Shown here: piece after piece, positions 11,677-23,065 of the stretch | Numbering within the stretch: the stretch's first letter is position 1 | Layout of the letters: each line of letters starts with the position of its first letter | Assembly (NCBI RefSeq): GCF_964204645.1 | Contig: NC_134028.1 | Span: 10,850,001-10,914,000 of the forward strand | DNA: 64,000 nt | Direction: 5' to 3' | Source: Tubulanus polymorphus | Lineage: Eukaryota > Animalia > Nemertea | Notes under the pieces: generated by a model | Told to the model about the DNA's origin: nothing | The model's input: the letters and a program-made list of their open reading frames with translations, nothing else | The model's database searches: none | Position numbers and translations under genes: made by a program

Positions 11677-11899
11677 TATTTCAAAATACCTTAAATTATA
11701 TTTTTTTAAAATTTATATTAGAAACCTCAGTAATAATAAATAACCTTTATTATTTTCAAACTTATTCATATATTAGTTGAAAAAAATAAAAATAAATTGG
11801 TTGGAAATTGTATGAATAATATTTATTTTAAAAAAGGGGGTTTTAAGTATTAATGTATTTAATACGTATTTAATACGTATTAGATAGATATATAAATAG

Positions 11900-12511
11900 T
11901 TATTTTATAAATTTATATTCATATGGAAATTGTAATCTCAGTAATAATTTTGAACCTTTATTATTCTTAAATTCATTCATATATTCATCATGTAATTCAG
12001 TAGGTATAATTTGATTTTCTTCCAATGATTGTTGCATAGATTTTTTATCTTTGTTATAAAATAAAACTAGAAATCTTATATTCTCCCTAAAGTCTTTAAC
12101 AATTGAATTATATTTTTGATTTAAAACCCATGTTGTTATCCCAAAATGTCTCCCAGAGAAAGCTAGATAACATAACTCACTTTCTCTAACTTTTGAATCA
12201 TGTAAATTTGCGCAATCATCTATAATGAATAATGTATTTGATCCTTTATAAGTATCAATTGCTATTTTAATACAATTATCTAAATTTTCTTTTACTGTTT
12301 TAGGATTTAATATAATAAACTTTTTTATCTTAACTATATCTCTATTATATGTTTTATTCATTTCATAAGTAGGACAGAATAATATTATATTATCAAAATG
12401 ATTCTTATAAATAGTTTCTAACAAATCTAATATGAAATGTGTTTTACCACAATTGGTTACACCAGTAACTAACATATTATGCGGTTCAAATATAAATAAA
12501 TCTTTATTCAT
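11900..12511 (-). CDS. A32-like (FtsK/HerA) genome-packaging ATPase, copy 1
   Basis: Walker A GVTNCGKT, Walker B LFIIDD, GRH arginine finger, LNQ sensor. Confidence 0.9.
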   Translation of the reverse strand: MNKDLFIFEPHNMLVTGVTNCGKTHFILDLLETIYKNHFDNIILFCPTYEMNKTYNRDIVKIKKFIILNPKTVKENLDNCIKIAIDTYKGSNTLFIIDDCANLHDSKVRESELCYLAFSGRHFGITTWVLNQKYNSIVKDFRENIRFLVLFYNKDKKSMQQSLEENQIIPTELHDEYMNEFKNNKGSKLLLRLQFPYEYKFIK

Positions 12512-13060
12512 TTATTCTTTTAATTTCACTAGATAAAATCCATTCATTAAATTTATCATCATATCCTTTATATTTCACCAAAGAATACTTTTTTCCTTTA
12601 AGAGTTTTTGTTTTCAATACTTTTTCTATTTTGTATTCTATTTCATCTGGATTTGGTACAAGTGATAATTCTTGTTCATAGAAATAACCTAATATTTGTT
12701 CGTCTTTTAAATCTTCTAATTTATAAACAAATGGTTTAGTTAATATTATCTTTTTAATCTTGAATATTTCTTCAGTAAAATTTGGGGTATAACCTTTATA
12801 AAATGTTTTTCTATATTTAGATATTCTGACGTGTTGTCCTATTTTAAATTTAGGTTCTCCGAAATCATGTGTAACAAATGCTCCATATAAATTATTCCAA
12901 ACTATTTCTGAATTATCTTCATTTCTAGCTTGTATAGGTTTCATATTTATAGAACTATGTTCAGAATTATTATTACCTTTCACTAAATCATCTAATACAT
13001 CGATATATTCATATGTTTCATTAGCAGTAAAATATTTCCACATTCTAGTTTTCAATGAGT
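12504..13060 (-). pseudogene. Polinton integrase, C-terminal half with chromodomain only (catalytic DDE core absent), copy 1
   Basis: LKTRMWKYFT, HSSINMKP, PKFKIGQHVRISK, KGYTPNFTEEIF, GYFYEQEL; chromodomain YKIEKVL...LVKYKGYDDKFNEWI. Confidence 0.85.
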
Positions 13061-13698
13061 TCATTATTTGGATCATTGTTCCATTGATCAATAAATTTCT
13101 TTGCCTTTGTTAACTGTTCTAAATATAACTGTAAATCTAGTTTATTAGATTTGATTTGATTTTCTTTCTTTTCTAAAGGCCTTAAATTTTTCCAACCCCA
13201 AATAAGTTTTTTATTGTATTCATCATTCATGTTAAATTTAGATATTGGTAACACGTGATCAATATGGTAATAATCCCCATAATTATCTACATTCATCTTA
13301 TCATCGAATTGAAATATAATCCATGATTTGAGAAATTCATCTGAACAACCCAATAGAATAGATAGTGTTTCTGAATGTGTTTCTTTGTTGAATAATTGTG
13401 TTAATCTAGATCTTAAGCATTGTTTAAATCAAAAATTAAGATCTGTTTGATATCTTTCTCTCATATATTCTGCCATATAATAATTATAATGTTCTATATT
13501 ATCTTCTCGGTATTGTTTAGTATATAGTTTAAAACAAGTTTTACAACAATATTGAAAACCATCTTTGCTAATCTTACGCTTACTAAATTCTGTTAAAGCT
13601 AATTTATCTAATTCACATTTAGAACACTTCTTGTAATATATATTTATAACACCAGTGTTATTTGTAATATTGATAGTTTGTGGTTGTTCTGGTTCCAT
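13045..13698 (-). pseudogene. HNH endonuclease with N-terminal CxxC zinc motif; one in-frame TGA at 13429-13431; copy 1
   Basis: ORFs 13429-13698 and 13045-13353 share a frame. KKCSKC...KDGFQYCCKTC, LGCSDEFLKSW, NYGDYYHIDHVLP...NLRPL...ENQIK. Confidence 0.85.
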
Positions 13699-13849
13699 TT
13701 ATTATACGTATTTTTTACTAAATTGGTTAATATTTTAGAATCCTCTTCCATTTCTTCGACCAACGTCATCCTTTTTCATTCCTCGCTGCTTTTGATAAAT
13801 TGTTTCGATTCCTTGATATCTAAATAATACCACTGGGCAAATACCATTA

Positions 13850-14147
13850 AGCAAAAGCGCGCATGAATGCGCGCTTTTGCTTAATGCGCATGCGTTAATC
13901 ATAATTATACATTCATTATGTAAATTCTGTAAAATAGAAACAACCGAACACAGAAAATATCAAAACGTGTTCGCATTAGGCAAAACCGCGCATTCATGCG
14001 CGGTTTTGCTCAATGCGCATGCGTTAATCATAATTATATATTCATTATGTAAATTCTGTAAAATAGAAACAACCGACATGAAATATCTAAACGTGTTCGC
14101 ATTAGGCAAACCGCGCATTCATGCGCGGTTTTGCTCAATGCGCATGC
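13850..14147. repeat. ~120-bp tandem units, each with a GC-rich hairpin GCAAAACCGCGC-ATTCAT-GCGCGGTTTTGC (continued at 16240-16660)
   Basis: Read directly; three hairpins here and four in the second array. Confidence 0.9.
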
Positions 14148-14289
14148 AAACTTATTCATATATTAGTTGAAAAAAATAAAAATAAATTGGTTGGAAATTG
14201 TATGAATAATATTTATTTTAAAAAAGGGGGTTTTAAGTATTAATGTATTTAATACGTATTTAATACGTATTAGATAGATATATAAATAG

Positions 14290-14901
14290 TTATTTTATAA
14301 ATTTATATTCATATGGAAATTGTAATCTCAGTAATAATTTTGAACCTTTATTATTCTTAAATTCATTCATATATTCATCATGTAATTCAGTAGGTATAAT
14401 TTGATTTTCTTCCAATGATTGTTGCATAGATTTTTTATCTTTGTTATAAAATAAAACTAGAAATCTTATATTCTCCCTAAAGTCTTTAACAATTGAATTA
14501 TATTTTTGATTTAAAACCCATGTTGTTATCCCAAAATGTCTCCCAGAGAAAGCTAGATAACATAACTCACTTTCTCTAACTTTTGAATCATGTAAATTTG
14601 CGCAATCATCTATAATGAATAATGTATTTGATCCTTTATAAGTATCAATTGCTATTTTAATACAATTATCTAAATTTTCTTTTACTGTTTTAGGATTTAA
14701 TATAATAAACTTTTTTATCTTAACTATATCTCTATTATATGTTTTATTCATTTCATAAGTAGGACAGAATAATATTATATTATCAAAATGATTCTTATAA
14801 ATAGTTTCTAACAAATCTAATATGAAATGTGTTTTACCACAATTGGTTACACCAGTAACTAACATATTATGCGGTTCAAATATAAATAAATCTTTATTCA
14901 T
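14290..14901 (-). CDS. Packaging ATPase, copy 2
   Basis: Same translation as 11900-12511. Confidence 0.9.
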   Translation of the reverse strand: MNKDLFIFEPHNMLVTGVTNCGKTHFILDLLETIYKNHFDNIILFCPTYEMNKTYNRDIVKIKKFIILNPKTVKENLDNCIKIAIDTYKGSNTLFIIDDCANLHDSKVRESELCYLAFSGRHFGITTWVLNQKYNSIVKDFRENIRFLVLFYNKDKKSMQQSLEENQIIPTELHDEYMNEFKNNKGSKLLLRLQFPYEYKFIK

Positions 14902-15450
14902 TTATTCTTTTAATTTCACTAGATAAAATCCATTCATTAAATTTATCATCATATCCTTTATATTTCACCAAAGAATACTTTTTTCCTTTAAGAGTTTTTG
15001 TTTTCAATACTTTTTCTATTTTGTATTCTATTTCATCTGGATTTGGTACAAGTGATAATTCTTGTTCATAGAAATAACCTAATATTTGTTCGTCTTTTAA
15101 ATCTTCTAATTTATAAACAAATGGTTTAGTTAATATTATCTTTTTAATCTTGAATATTTCTTCAGTAAAATTTGGGGTATAACCTTTATAAAATGTTTTT
15201 CTATATTTAGATATTCTGACGTGTTGTCCTATTTTAAATTTAGGTTCTCCGAAATCATGTGTAACAAATGCTCCATATAAATTATTCCAAACTATTTCTG
15301 AATTATCTTCATTTCTAGCTTGTATAGGTTTCATATTTATAGAACTATGTTCAGAATTATTATTACCTTTCACTAAATCATCTAATACATCGATATATTC
15401 ATATGTTTCATTAGCAGTAAAATATTTCCACATTCTAGTTTTCAATGAGT
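14894..15450 (-). pseudogene. Integrase C-terminal half, copy 2
   Basis: Same as copy 1. Confidence 0.85.
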
Positions 15451-16088
15451 TCATTATTTGGATCATTGTTCCATTGATCAATAAATTTCTTTGCCTTTGT
15501 TAACTGTTCTAAATATAACTGTAAATCTAGTTTATTAGATTTGATTTGATTTTCTTTCTTTTCTAAAGGCCTTAAATTTTTCCAACCCCAAATAAGTTTT
15601 TTATTGTATTCATCATTCATGTTAAATTTAGATATTGGTAACACGTGATCAATATGGTAATAATCCCCATAATTATCTACATTCATCTTATCATCGAATT
15701 GAAATATAATCCATGATTTGAGAAATTCATCTGAACAACCCAATAGAATAGATAGTGTTTCTGAATGTGTTTCTTTGTTGAATAATTGTGTTAATCTAGA
15801 TCTTAAGCATTGTTTAAATCAAAAATTAAGATCTGTTTGATATCTTTCTCTCATATATTCTGCCATATAATAATTATAATGTTCTATATTATCTTCTCGG
15901 TATTGTTTAGTATATAGTTTAAAACAAGTTTTACAACAATATTGAAAACCATCTTTGCTAATCTTACGCTTACTAAATTCTGTTAAAGCTAATTTATCTA
16001 ATTCACATTTAGAACACTTCTTGTAATATATATTTATAACACCAGTGTTATTTGTAATATTGATAGTTTGTGGTTGTTCTGGTTCCAT
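15435..16088 (-). pseudogene. HNH endonuclease, copy 2
   Basis: Same as copy 1. Confidence 0.85.
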
Positions 16089-17565
16089 TTATTATACGTA
16101 TTTTTTACTAAATTGGTTAATATTTTAGAATCCTCTTCCATTTCTTCGACCAACGTCATCCTTTTTCATTCCTCGCTGCTTTTGATAAATTGTTTCGATT
16201 CCTTGATATCTAAATAATACCACTGGGCAAATACCATTAAGCAAAAGCGCGCATGAATGCGCGCTTTTGCTTAATGCGCATGCGTTAATCATAATTATAC
16301 ATTCATTATGTAAATTCTGTAAAATAGAAACAACCGAACACAGAAAATATCAAAACGTGTTCGCATTAGGCAAAACCGCGCATTCATGCGCGGTTTTGCT
16401 CAATGCGCATGCGTTAATCATAATTATATATTCATTATGTAAATTCTGTAAAATAGAAACAACCGACATGAAATATCTAAACGTGTTCGCATTAGGCAAA
16501 CCGCGCATTCATGCGCGGTTTTGCTCAATGCGCATGCGTTAATCATAATTATATATTCATTATGTAAATAGAAACAACCGACATGAAATATCTAAATCAT
16601 ACCACTGAGCAAAACCGCGCATTCGTGCGCGGTTTTGCTCAATGCGCATGCGCTAATCCTAATTATATATTCATTCTGAATAGAAACGTCCGAACATAAA
16701 AATTCGCCAATCAGATTTACACAATACATTATACAAGTTGTTCGGCCGTTTCTTCCAATACATCATTTGATATCTATAAATACAATTTATAATTACAAAC
16801 ATTTTTCAATTGCTGGTAAATATTTAACTACATCAACAAATGTTAAACTTAATCATTGGAGTCTTAATGTTTTTGAAATTCTTATATAGTTTCTTCGTCG
16901 ATCTTTTGGCGATTCTTGTGTTTCTTGTGCTAATTTCTATTGGTTCGATATCCCCATTGCTGTTGATTCCTCAGTCAGAAAGAGTATCTTGAGTTTCTCT
17001 ATCACTTCTTGATGCGTATGGCGTTTTATTAATCTAAAAGATATTAGCGGCAACTCTAGCCATCTAAAAGATATACTAAATACACTTAAATATATCTAAA
17101 GGTTTCATATTTAATAGCCCTAATAACTACAAAAAACAGTACTTACATTTAGATTTAGAATTGTAAACTATAAACTCCTAATTTCGTTTCGAGAGATAGA
17201 ATATCCTGAGCGTAATGTTACAGCGCCTGTTCATTTCTTGCCACGTCATCTGGTTCCGGTTCTAGAGTGTTCTACACGTTTGTAATATTATGACTCATAT
17301 GTCTCGGCGTCATAGTAACAGCTGTAACAGCTGTGAATTTATAGATTTATTCAATAGTTCATTACATGAAATGTATATAGGCTCAAATAGAATCATGTTC
17401 TAGTATAAACAGCTATGCATTATTTCAATCACACTTTACTAACACTTTTAATGTTTAAAAATCTAACTCACACAAATATGAATATTGAAATAATGTTGTA
17501 AATATATACTTTTATATTGAATAATCTGTCAACTTAAATGTTATTCATTTACATGAATATTTTAA

Positions 17566-17984
17566 GAGTAATAGGGGTAATGGGCTTTCAGGTTAAAGGT
17601 TGAATGGTCGAGTTCATTAAAAACAAATATTAAAAGTAATTTAAAACTATAATATATTTTCATAACCGTGTGTATTTCAGTTGAATAATAGAATAATTAT
17701 TATTATTAAAATATATTTGATTATATGAATTTGTGTATTGTAAATAAATCAATTGGTCGCGGAGCGGAGCGGTAGCGAAGTGGAGCGACCAATTGATTTA
17801 GGCCCTAATACAATATGCTTTTAAAATTAAAATTATTAATATCTTAGAATAAATATTTAGTTATAATATAAAATACACACGGTTATGAAAATATATTATA
17901 GTTTTAAATTACTTTTAATGTTTTGTTTTTTATTGAGCTCGACCGTTCGACCTTTGGCTTGAAAGCCCATTACCCCTATTACTC
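17566..17984. repeat. ~420-bp foldback (GAGTAATAGGGGTAATGGGCTTTCA...TGAAAGCCCATTACCCCTATTACTC) with an inner hairpin AAATCAATTGGTCGC...GCGACCAATTGATTT
   Basis: ~110-bp imperfect outer arms and ~15-bp inner arms; no clear TSD. Confidence 0.85.
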
Positions 17985-19282
17985 ATATTATTACCAGGCA
18001 TTTATTCCAATACATTCGAACAAAATACTAATGGCCTACCATTACATTTACCGGAGCATAAACAAACGAGTCATTTGAATAGATGGAGGTAAAGAACCCG
18101 GGAGAAAAATCAGTTGAACATCGTTGAATACGCGCCCGGGTCCCGGCTTTGTTGTAGACTTTTAAGGCTTTTATATACAATGCAATGTTACTATGATTGT
18201 TAAGGAGGGATGACTCACCATATCTAGTCTATCCATAAAAGATCGCTTTAGACTTTAAGAGGATGATGATAAATTCCGAAAGAAAGCGCGATGAAAATGA
18301 ACTTCCGGGTTTGTGTTTATCCACCATCTACGCGCACCTGCCGCTAGCACCGTCACTATGTGGAATCGCGTATAGAATTGAATTTTCTGAAATTTGCTCA
18401 ATAAAACCAAAATTGAATTGGATTTGATGTTTTTATTTGTTCAATAGAATAAAATTGAACTGGATTCAATATTCATTGCTAAATAAAATTCGATTGAATT
18501 TGCAGTTTGAGCACATGGCTAATTAGCATATCAAGGTCATCCATCCGATTTGAGAAAAAGCAATTTTACCAAACTTAACACAATTGTCAATGATAATTTC
18601 TGTAGAGCTAATAAAAATATTCCTCCAAAAAAACAAATCAACCAAAGATTTCACAGAAATCGATCTTAAAATGCAATTTTAGATCTTAAAATTAAACCCG
18701 GAAGTAAAACGGGAGACGATACCGCGGGTTCACGCGAACATATAATAAATAATAAACATTATTATACTGTACGTTCTTTTCTATACAATAAATGAACTTG
18801 AACACCTGCTGATCTGTTTTAAAAAAACAATCATAAATTCACTTTGGTTTATGATTGGCTTTTTAAAAAAGATATTTTTGTGATCAGATTTTCGCGAAAA
18901 AGCTCATAAAACTTTAACGAGGCCCACTCAAAACTCAGCTTCAAAGGGTTTCGAGAATGGATAATGCTTTAATTAACGATTTGTATGAATATATGGTCAG
19001 ACTGATATTTGCTTACACGAAGTAGTAGGCCATTACGTCAAATTATCTATGTAAGATTAATTAAGACAAATTACTTGGGTTACAGGAGTAGTTTTTAGTT
19101 ACCGGGGGCCGGTTCCATAGTCGAGACTTAAAATAAGTCTAGTCTTAAGTCATTTGTTTGTCTTAAATCCTCTAAGACCGACTTAACTAAGTCGGTCTTA
19201 ATTTTGCGTTCCAAAGAGTGGTCTTAGTGTTGGTCTTAAGACAGTCTTAAGCCCCTTTTAAGGACTTAAGACTGAATCCAAA

Positions 19283-21761
19283 ATGGCGGAGATTTTAAAT
19301 GACAGTATCGCGCGGAAGAGATCTTTCAATTATACGACGGATGAAACGAATCTTTTAGTTAAATTAGTTAACGACAATAACGCAATTTTATCGGGTGCAT
19401 TTAGCGATACCATAACCGCTAAACGAAAACGCGAAATTTGGAAAGAAATCTGCTCGAAAGTGAACGCGATTGGCGTAGCGCGAAGAACGGTCGACGAAAT
19501 CAAGAAAAAGTGGAAGAATATCAAAGGGGAGGCGAAAAAGAAATTCGTTAAACAAAACAATTTGATTTCGAAAACCGGTGGGGGGGGACCTCCACCCTGA
19601 GTTGGACCAGGCAACTAAGAACTTCACCCAGTCCTGGCAGTGTGGCTGTCTCCACAGTGTATCTACGTTTCTCTACGATCCTGTGTAACCACCCACCCAG
19701 ACACGTCCATTCAAATTGTGGTAGCCTACATCAGACACTAAGATTCTTGGTGAACTAAGAACGTGATCGAATTGTGGTGTGACAATACAACGTGGTACGG
19801 GATCGACGGCGTGGAAACGTTCATTCTACAAAGTAAAATAATTGTTTCTATCTTTTTGGATTTAAATCATTCACGATTCACCATTTGTTTAAGAATGGTG
19901 AGGGTGTGGGATGTTTGTTAGTGTCTAGAGCTCATAGTTTGTTTGTTTTATCAATCTAGCCTGCCCTAACTCATTTTCGTCTGTGTGTAAACAAAGGTGA
20001 CCTTGACCTAGTACGTCACCTGATCACGCACCTGCTAACTGGCAACATTTGAATCGAATCCCAAAGTAATTGACTTTATTGGAAGATCCTACCTTGACAG
20101 CTTTTCGAAGACTTATCCACATATATATCTAACCATATTCCGATCTAGCATTGCATGACTGAACAGTATCCCCGACTAAATCCATAGTATCCCCGACTAA
20201 ATCCATAGCAATAGAGTATTAAACATAATTTAATAAAATCATCGTCGTAAACCGTAGTGTCAGGCGACTGCTCTTTCCCATGAAGTATATTCCCATTCTA
20301 CGCCAGCATGGCTAAATTGACGCATAGTTCGAATCCCGTAAATTCGTATTATTTCTAATTTTAGACGATGTCGATGGAGCGGAGCAAATCGGAAATATTG
20401 AAGCTCCCAATGCAAGACCTCTGACCACAATTACGGCAAATAACCCAGGAAGAAAGACACTAAATATTTGGATGAATATATGAAAGCTGTGGGTACTGGA
20501 GTGTGTAATGGGTAGTGTAGTGTGATCTGTGTGCATTTGTGGCCAGCACACAGATCACATTGTTCATTGGGGTTTGGTCCAGGACTCGCGAGATTTTCAA
20601 CAACACGGAAGTAACGTGTAATAAATGATGACTTGAATCGCATGACTACCTACCACCCCTCATTATTGTTGGAAAACTAAACGTTCCGCACTGACTAAAA
20701 ATTAGTAATAACATTTTAGAAATGGCCAGAATTTTAACTTAGGTTCTATCTCATTTTCATTTTACTATTGCGATTGGTATAATTTCTTTTTAAACGGCCG
20801 TTAAGGCTTGATGTTTCGTCTGCAATTCACTGCAAATAGTTACGCAACTACGCACATTTCAGTGTTTTTGGCAGCTGTACACTCAATCGGTACCGTTCGT
20901 GACTAGCTTCACTGCAGAATTATCATTAATTAACATCGCCATATCATATCATCAACTTATATTGTGCCTTAAAACCCTAACAGCCGAAATAATTGAAATG
21001 CACACACGATTTCTATCATTGAAAATTGAGTGGCCATGTTTGTGTTCTGCTGCTTCGCGTAAATCCCGCGCGGTGGCGCAACCGCGCGGAGTGGGGCCGA
21101 TACGTCTATGTAAAGCTTACATCTAGTTCTTTTACGGTGCTTAAATGATTCCAGTGTATTTTTTGTATGAAAAATAGGCAATGAGTAGTACTAGTATGCT
21201 ACGTAAAACAAATTGTATTTCGACTTATTTTCAGCTCTATTGGTATTCTCGTATGAAATTATTCAATCTTTCATAAATAAATAGTATATTCTTACCGTTG
21301 AAGGAGATGACCAAGCAGATAAACCATTCCAAAATGTAACTCTGATTGAAACGGCTATGGGAGATGGCCCGCTTGTTATGATTGATGGAGGTAAGTATTG
21401 GAAACGTTACATACCGGTATATACTGTATCCCATCTGCAACCCGACTTGGTATCTTGATATTGTGTATACGTGTTTTTCAGGAGTAGGCCTACAGGCAGC
21501 AGATATTGAGCAGGCTAGTTCATCTAAGGCTGATGGTAAATATTTTTCTAAATGAATCAAATTTTGAAGAACTAGAATAGAACGCTTAGTTTAATATTCT
21601 ATTTGATTATAGGCAACAAGAAAAAGAGAACGGCGACACAGGCGGATCTTATCGAGCTTCAGATGGAGTATGTAAAAAGAAAGATGATGAAGACAGACCT
21701 CGAAATAGAAAAACTTAAAATGGAATTATATTTACTGAAACCAGAAAGAAACTTTCCATGA
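19283..21761 (+). pseudogene. Harbinger Myb/SANT-like DNA-binding protein, spliced and apparently interrupted
   Basis: RKRSFNYT..ET..LV, W-x-EI...VNA, RTVDEIKKKW, KTGGG at 19283-19600. Later exon-like pieces at 21482-21535 and 21613-21761 give a coiled coil (DLIELQMEY...DLEIEKLKMEL). Confidence 0.75.
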
Positions 21762-23065
21762 TGGGTTTCGGTGTAATTGTTTCTGTTTCATTCACCGAAC
21801 TCGCTGTCAAAAAGGCGATTCTCGATATAAATAGTAATGGGTTTTCTCCGCGGGATACCCGCTTTGGGAAAGGCACCTGAATCGATGCTACGAGTTCGAA
21901 TCCCAATATTTAGACGTAATTTATTATTCTTTGAAATAAATTCTTAGAATTTCTATTTATGATAGGATGTGCAGGTTTTGATTTGGTAATGATGTTAATA
22001 AAAGTTAAGCTCTTAAGGTATTGTTTTCTATCTATTATTTGTGACGGATTAGTTTCGATGCTCCTCACAACCCGCCCCGACCACGTGTCACTTATTCACG
22101 GACACGCGGATTGTATCATTTGCAATAGGCCTACCACATGAAAGAGTCCATGGCCTACCGATCACGCTATGTGCGATGAAAGTAGTGTTTGAATAAAACA
22201 AATTTTTAATGAAATAAACATTATTTATCATAATTAATCAATAGATCAGGTGCCGCCTAAATAATTGTTTGTTTCGTGAAATTTGTACAAAACTTTGCGA
22301 CTTCGTCATGTCTTGTGACCCTGAAAATACTAGAAGAATCATCGGTATATGCTTATAAAACGGCGATGTCAACATAGTAACAACAACTTCGGGGATTGAA
22401 AAAAAAAGAATTATTTCTTATACTGATGAGTTATACTGATGGGGAGTAGCGACCGTCATTGACACCGGTTATTTATCCATTCACTATCAAATGTGACGAG
22501 CCCAATAAATGATTGCGCATAGATTCGGCCTCTCAGCATTTAGCACAGCAGTTCCGAGAAGTGTTAAGACCGATCAGCGCGCGCGCTATCTAAAACCGGT
22601 GCTAGTACGATCAATATCTACAGGTATATACGTGTTCAGTATTACACAGCGAGTACCAGTATGTTGATCGAGCTTCGTCGTAGCAACGCGCAATACAGCG
22701 GCTTGAACTAGCGAGTAACGTTAATTATCTTTTAACCAAATTAGAGCACTTATAACCATCGGAATCAAATATAAACCAAGCTGCACCATCTACATCAAGT
22801 AGAGAATACCTGTGTGAAATTACAGAATTGTCGGTCCACACAAACAGCTTAAATCGTGTCATAAAGAAACATCCACAGACGGACAGACAGACAGACATGA
22901 CGACGACGAAACCCATCAAAAACAAGAAAATTAAATTTATTAAATGCCAATTATTGTTATCGTTATGATTTATTTTATGTTTTACTCTTTGCATTTATAT
23001 TACAATACAATACATGTTATAAATAATGAAACATTCTCAAACAATATATATTTTATGTTAAATTT

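Larger units (their letters stand above)
11757..16537. repeat. 2390-bp tandem duplication (11757-14147 / 14147-16537) of ATPase, integrase fragment, HNH and hairpin repeats
   Basis: ORF translations are identical at a +2390 offset. Confidence 0.93.
1..17984. mobile_element. Endogenous Polinton/Maverick (adintovirus-like) element, degenerate; left part outside window, right boundary uncertain (~16.7-18.0 kb)
   Basis: Compact, intronless, very AT-rich gene cluster: pPolB, penton-like and capsid-like ORFs, A32-like ATPase, retroviral-type integrase C-terminus with chromodomain. Many frameshifts and stops. Confidence 0.9.

Noticed and set aside
13850-14147. CRISPR-like look of regularly spaced hairpin repeats
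   Set aside because: The intervening sequences are also repeated rather than unique spacers, there are no cas genes, and the context is eukaryotic.
13877-14170. ORFs 13877-14170 and 16267-16542
   Set aside because: Translations of the 120-bp tandem repeat with non-ATG starts.
16880-17200. Possible small spliced gene on the minus strand near the Polinton end
   Set aside because: Splice-like signals are present, but no coherent or recognisable product could be assembled.
20300-20340. tRNA-like A/B boxes (also ~21870-21905, 31128-31215, 48296-48360)
   Set aside because: No cloverleaf can be folded; at best decayed SINE heads.
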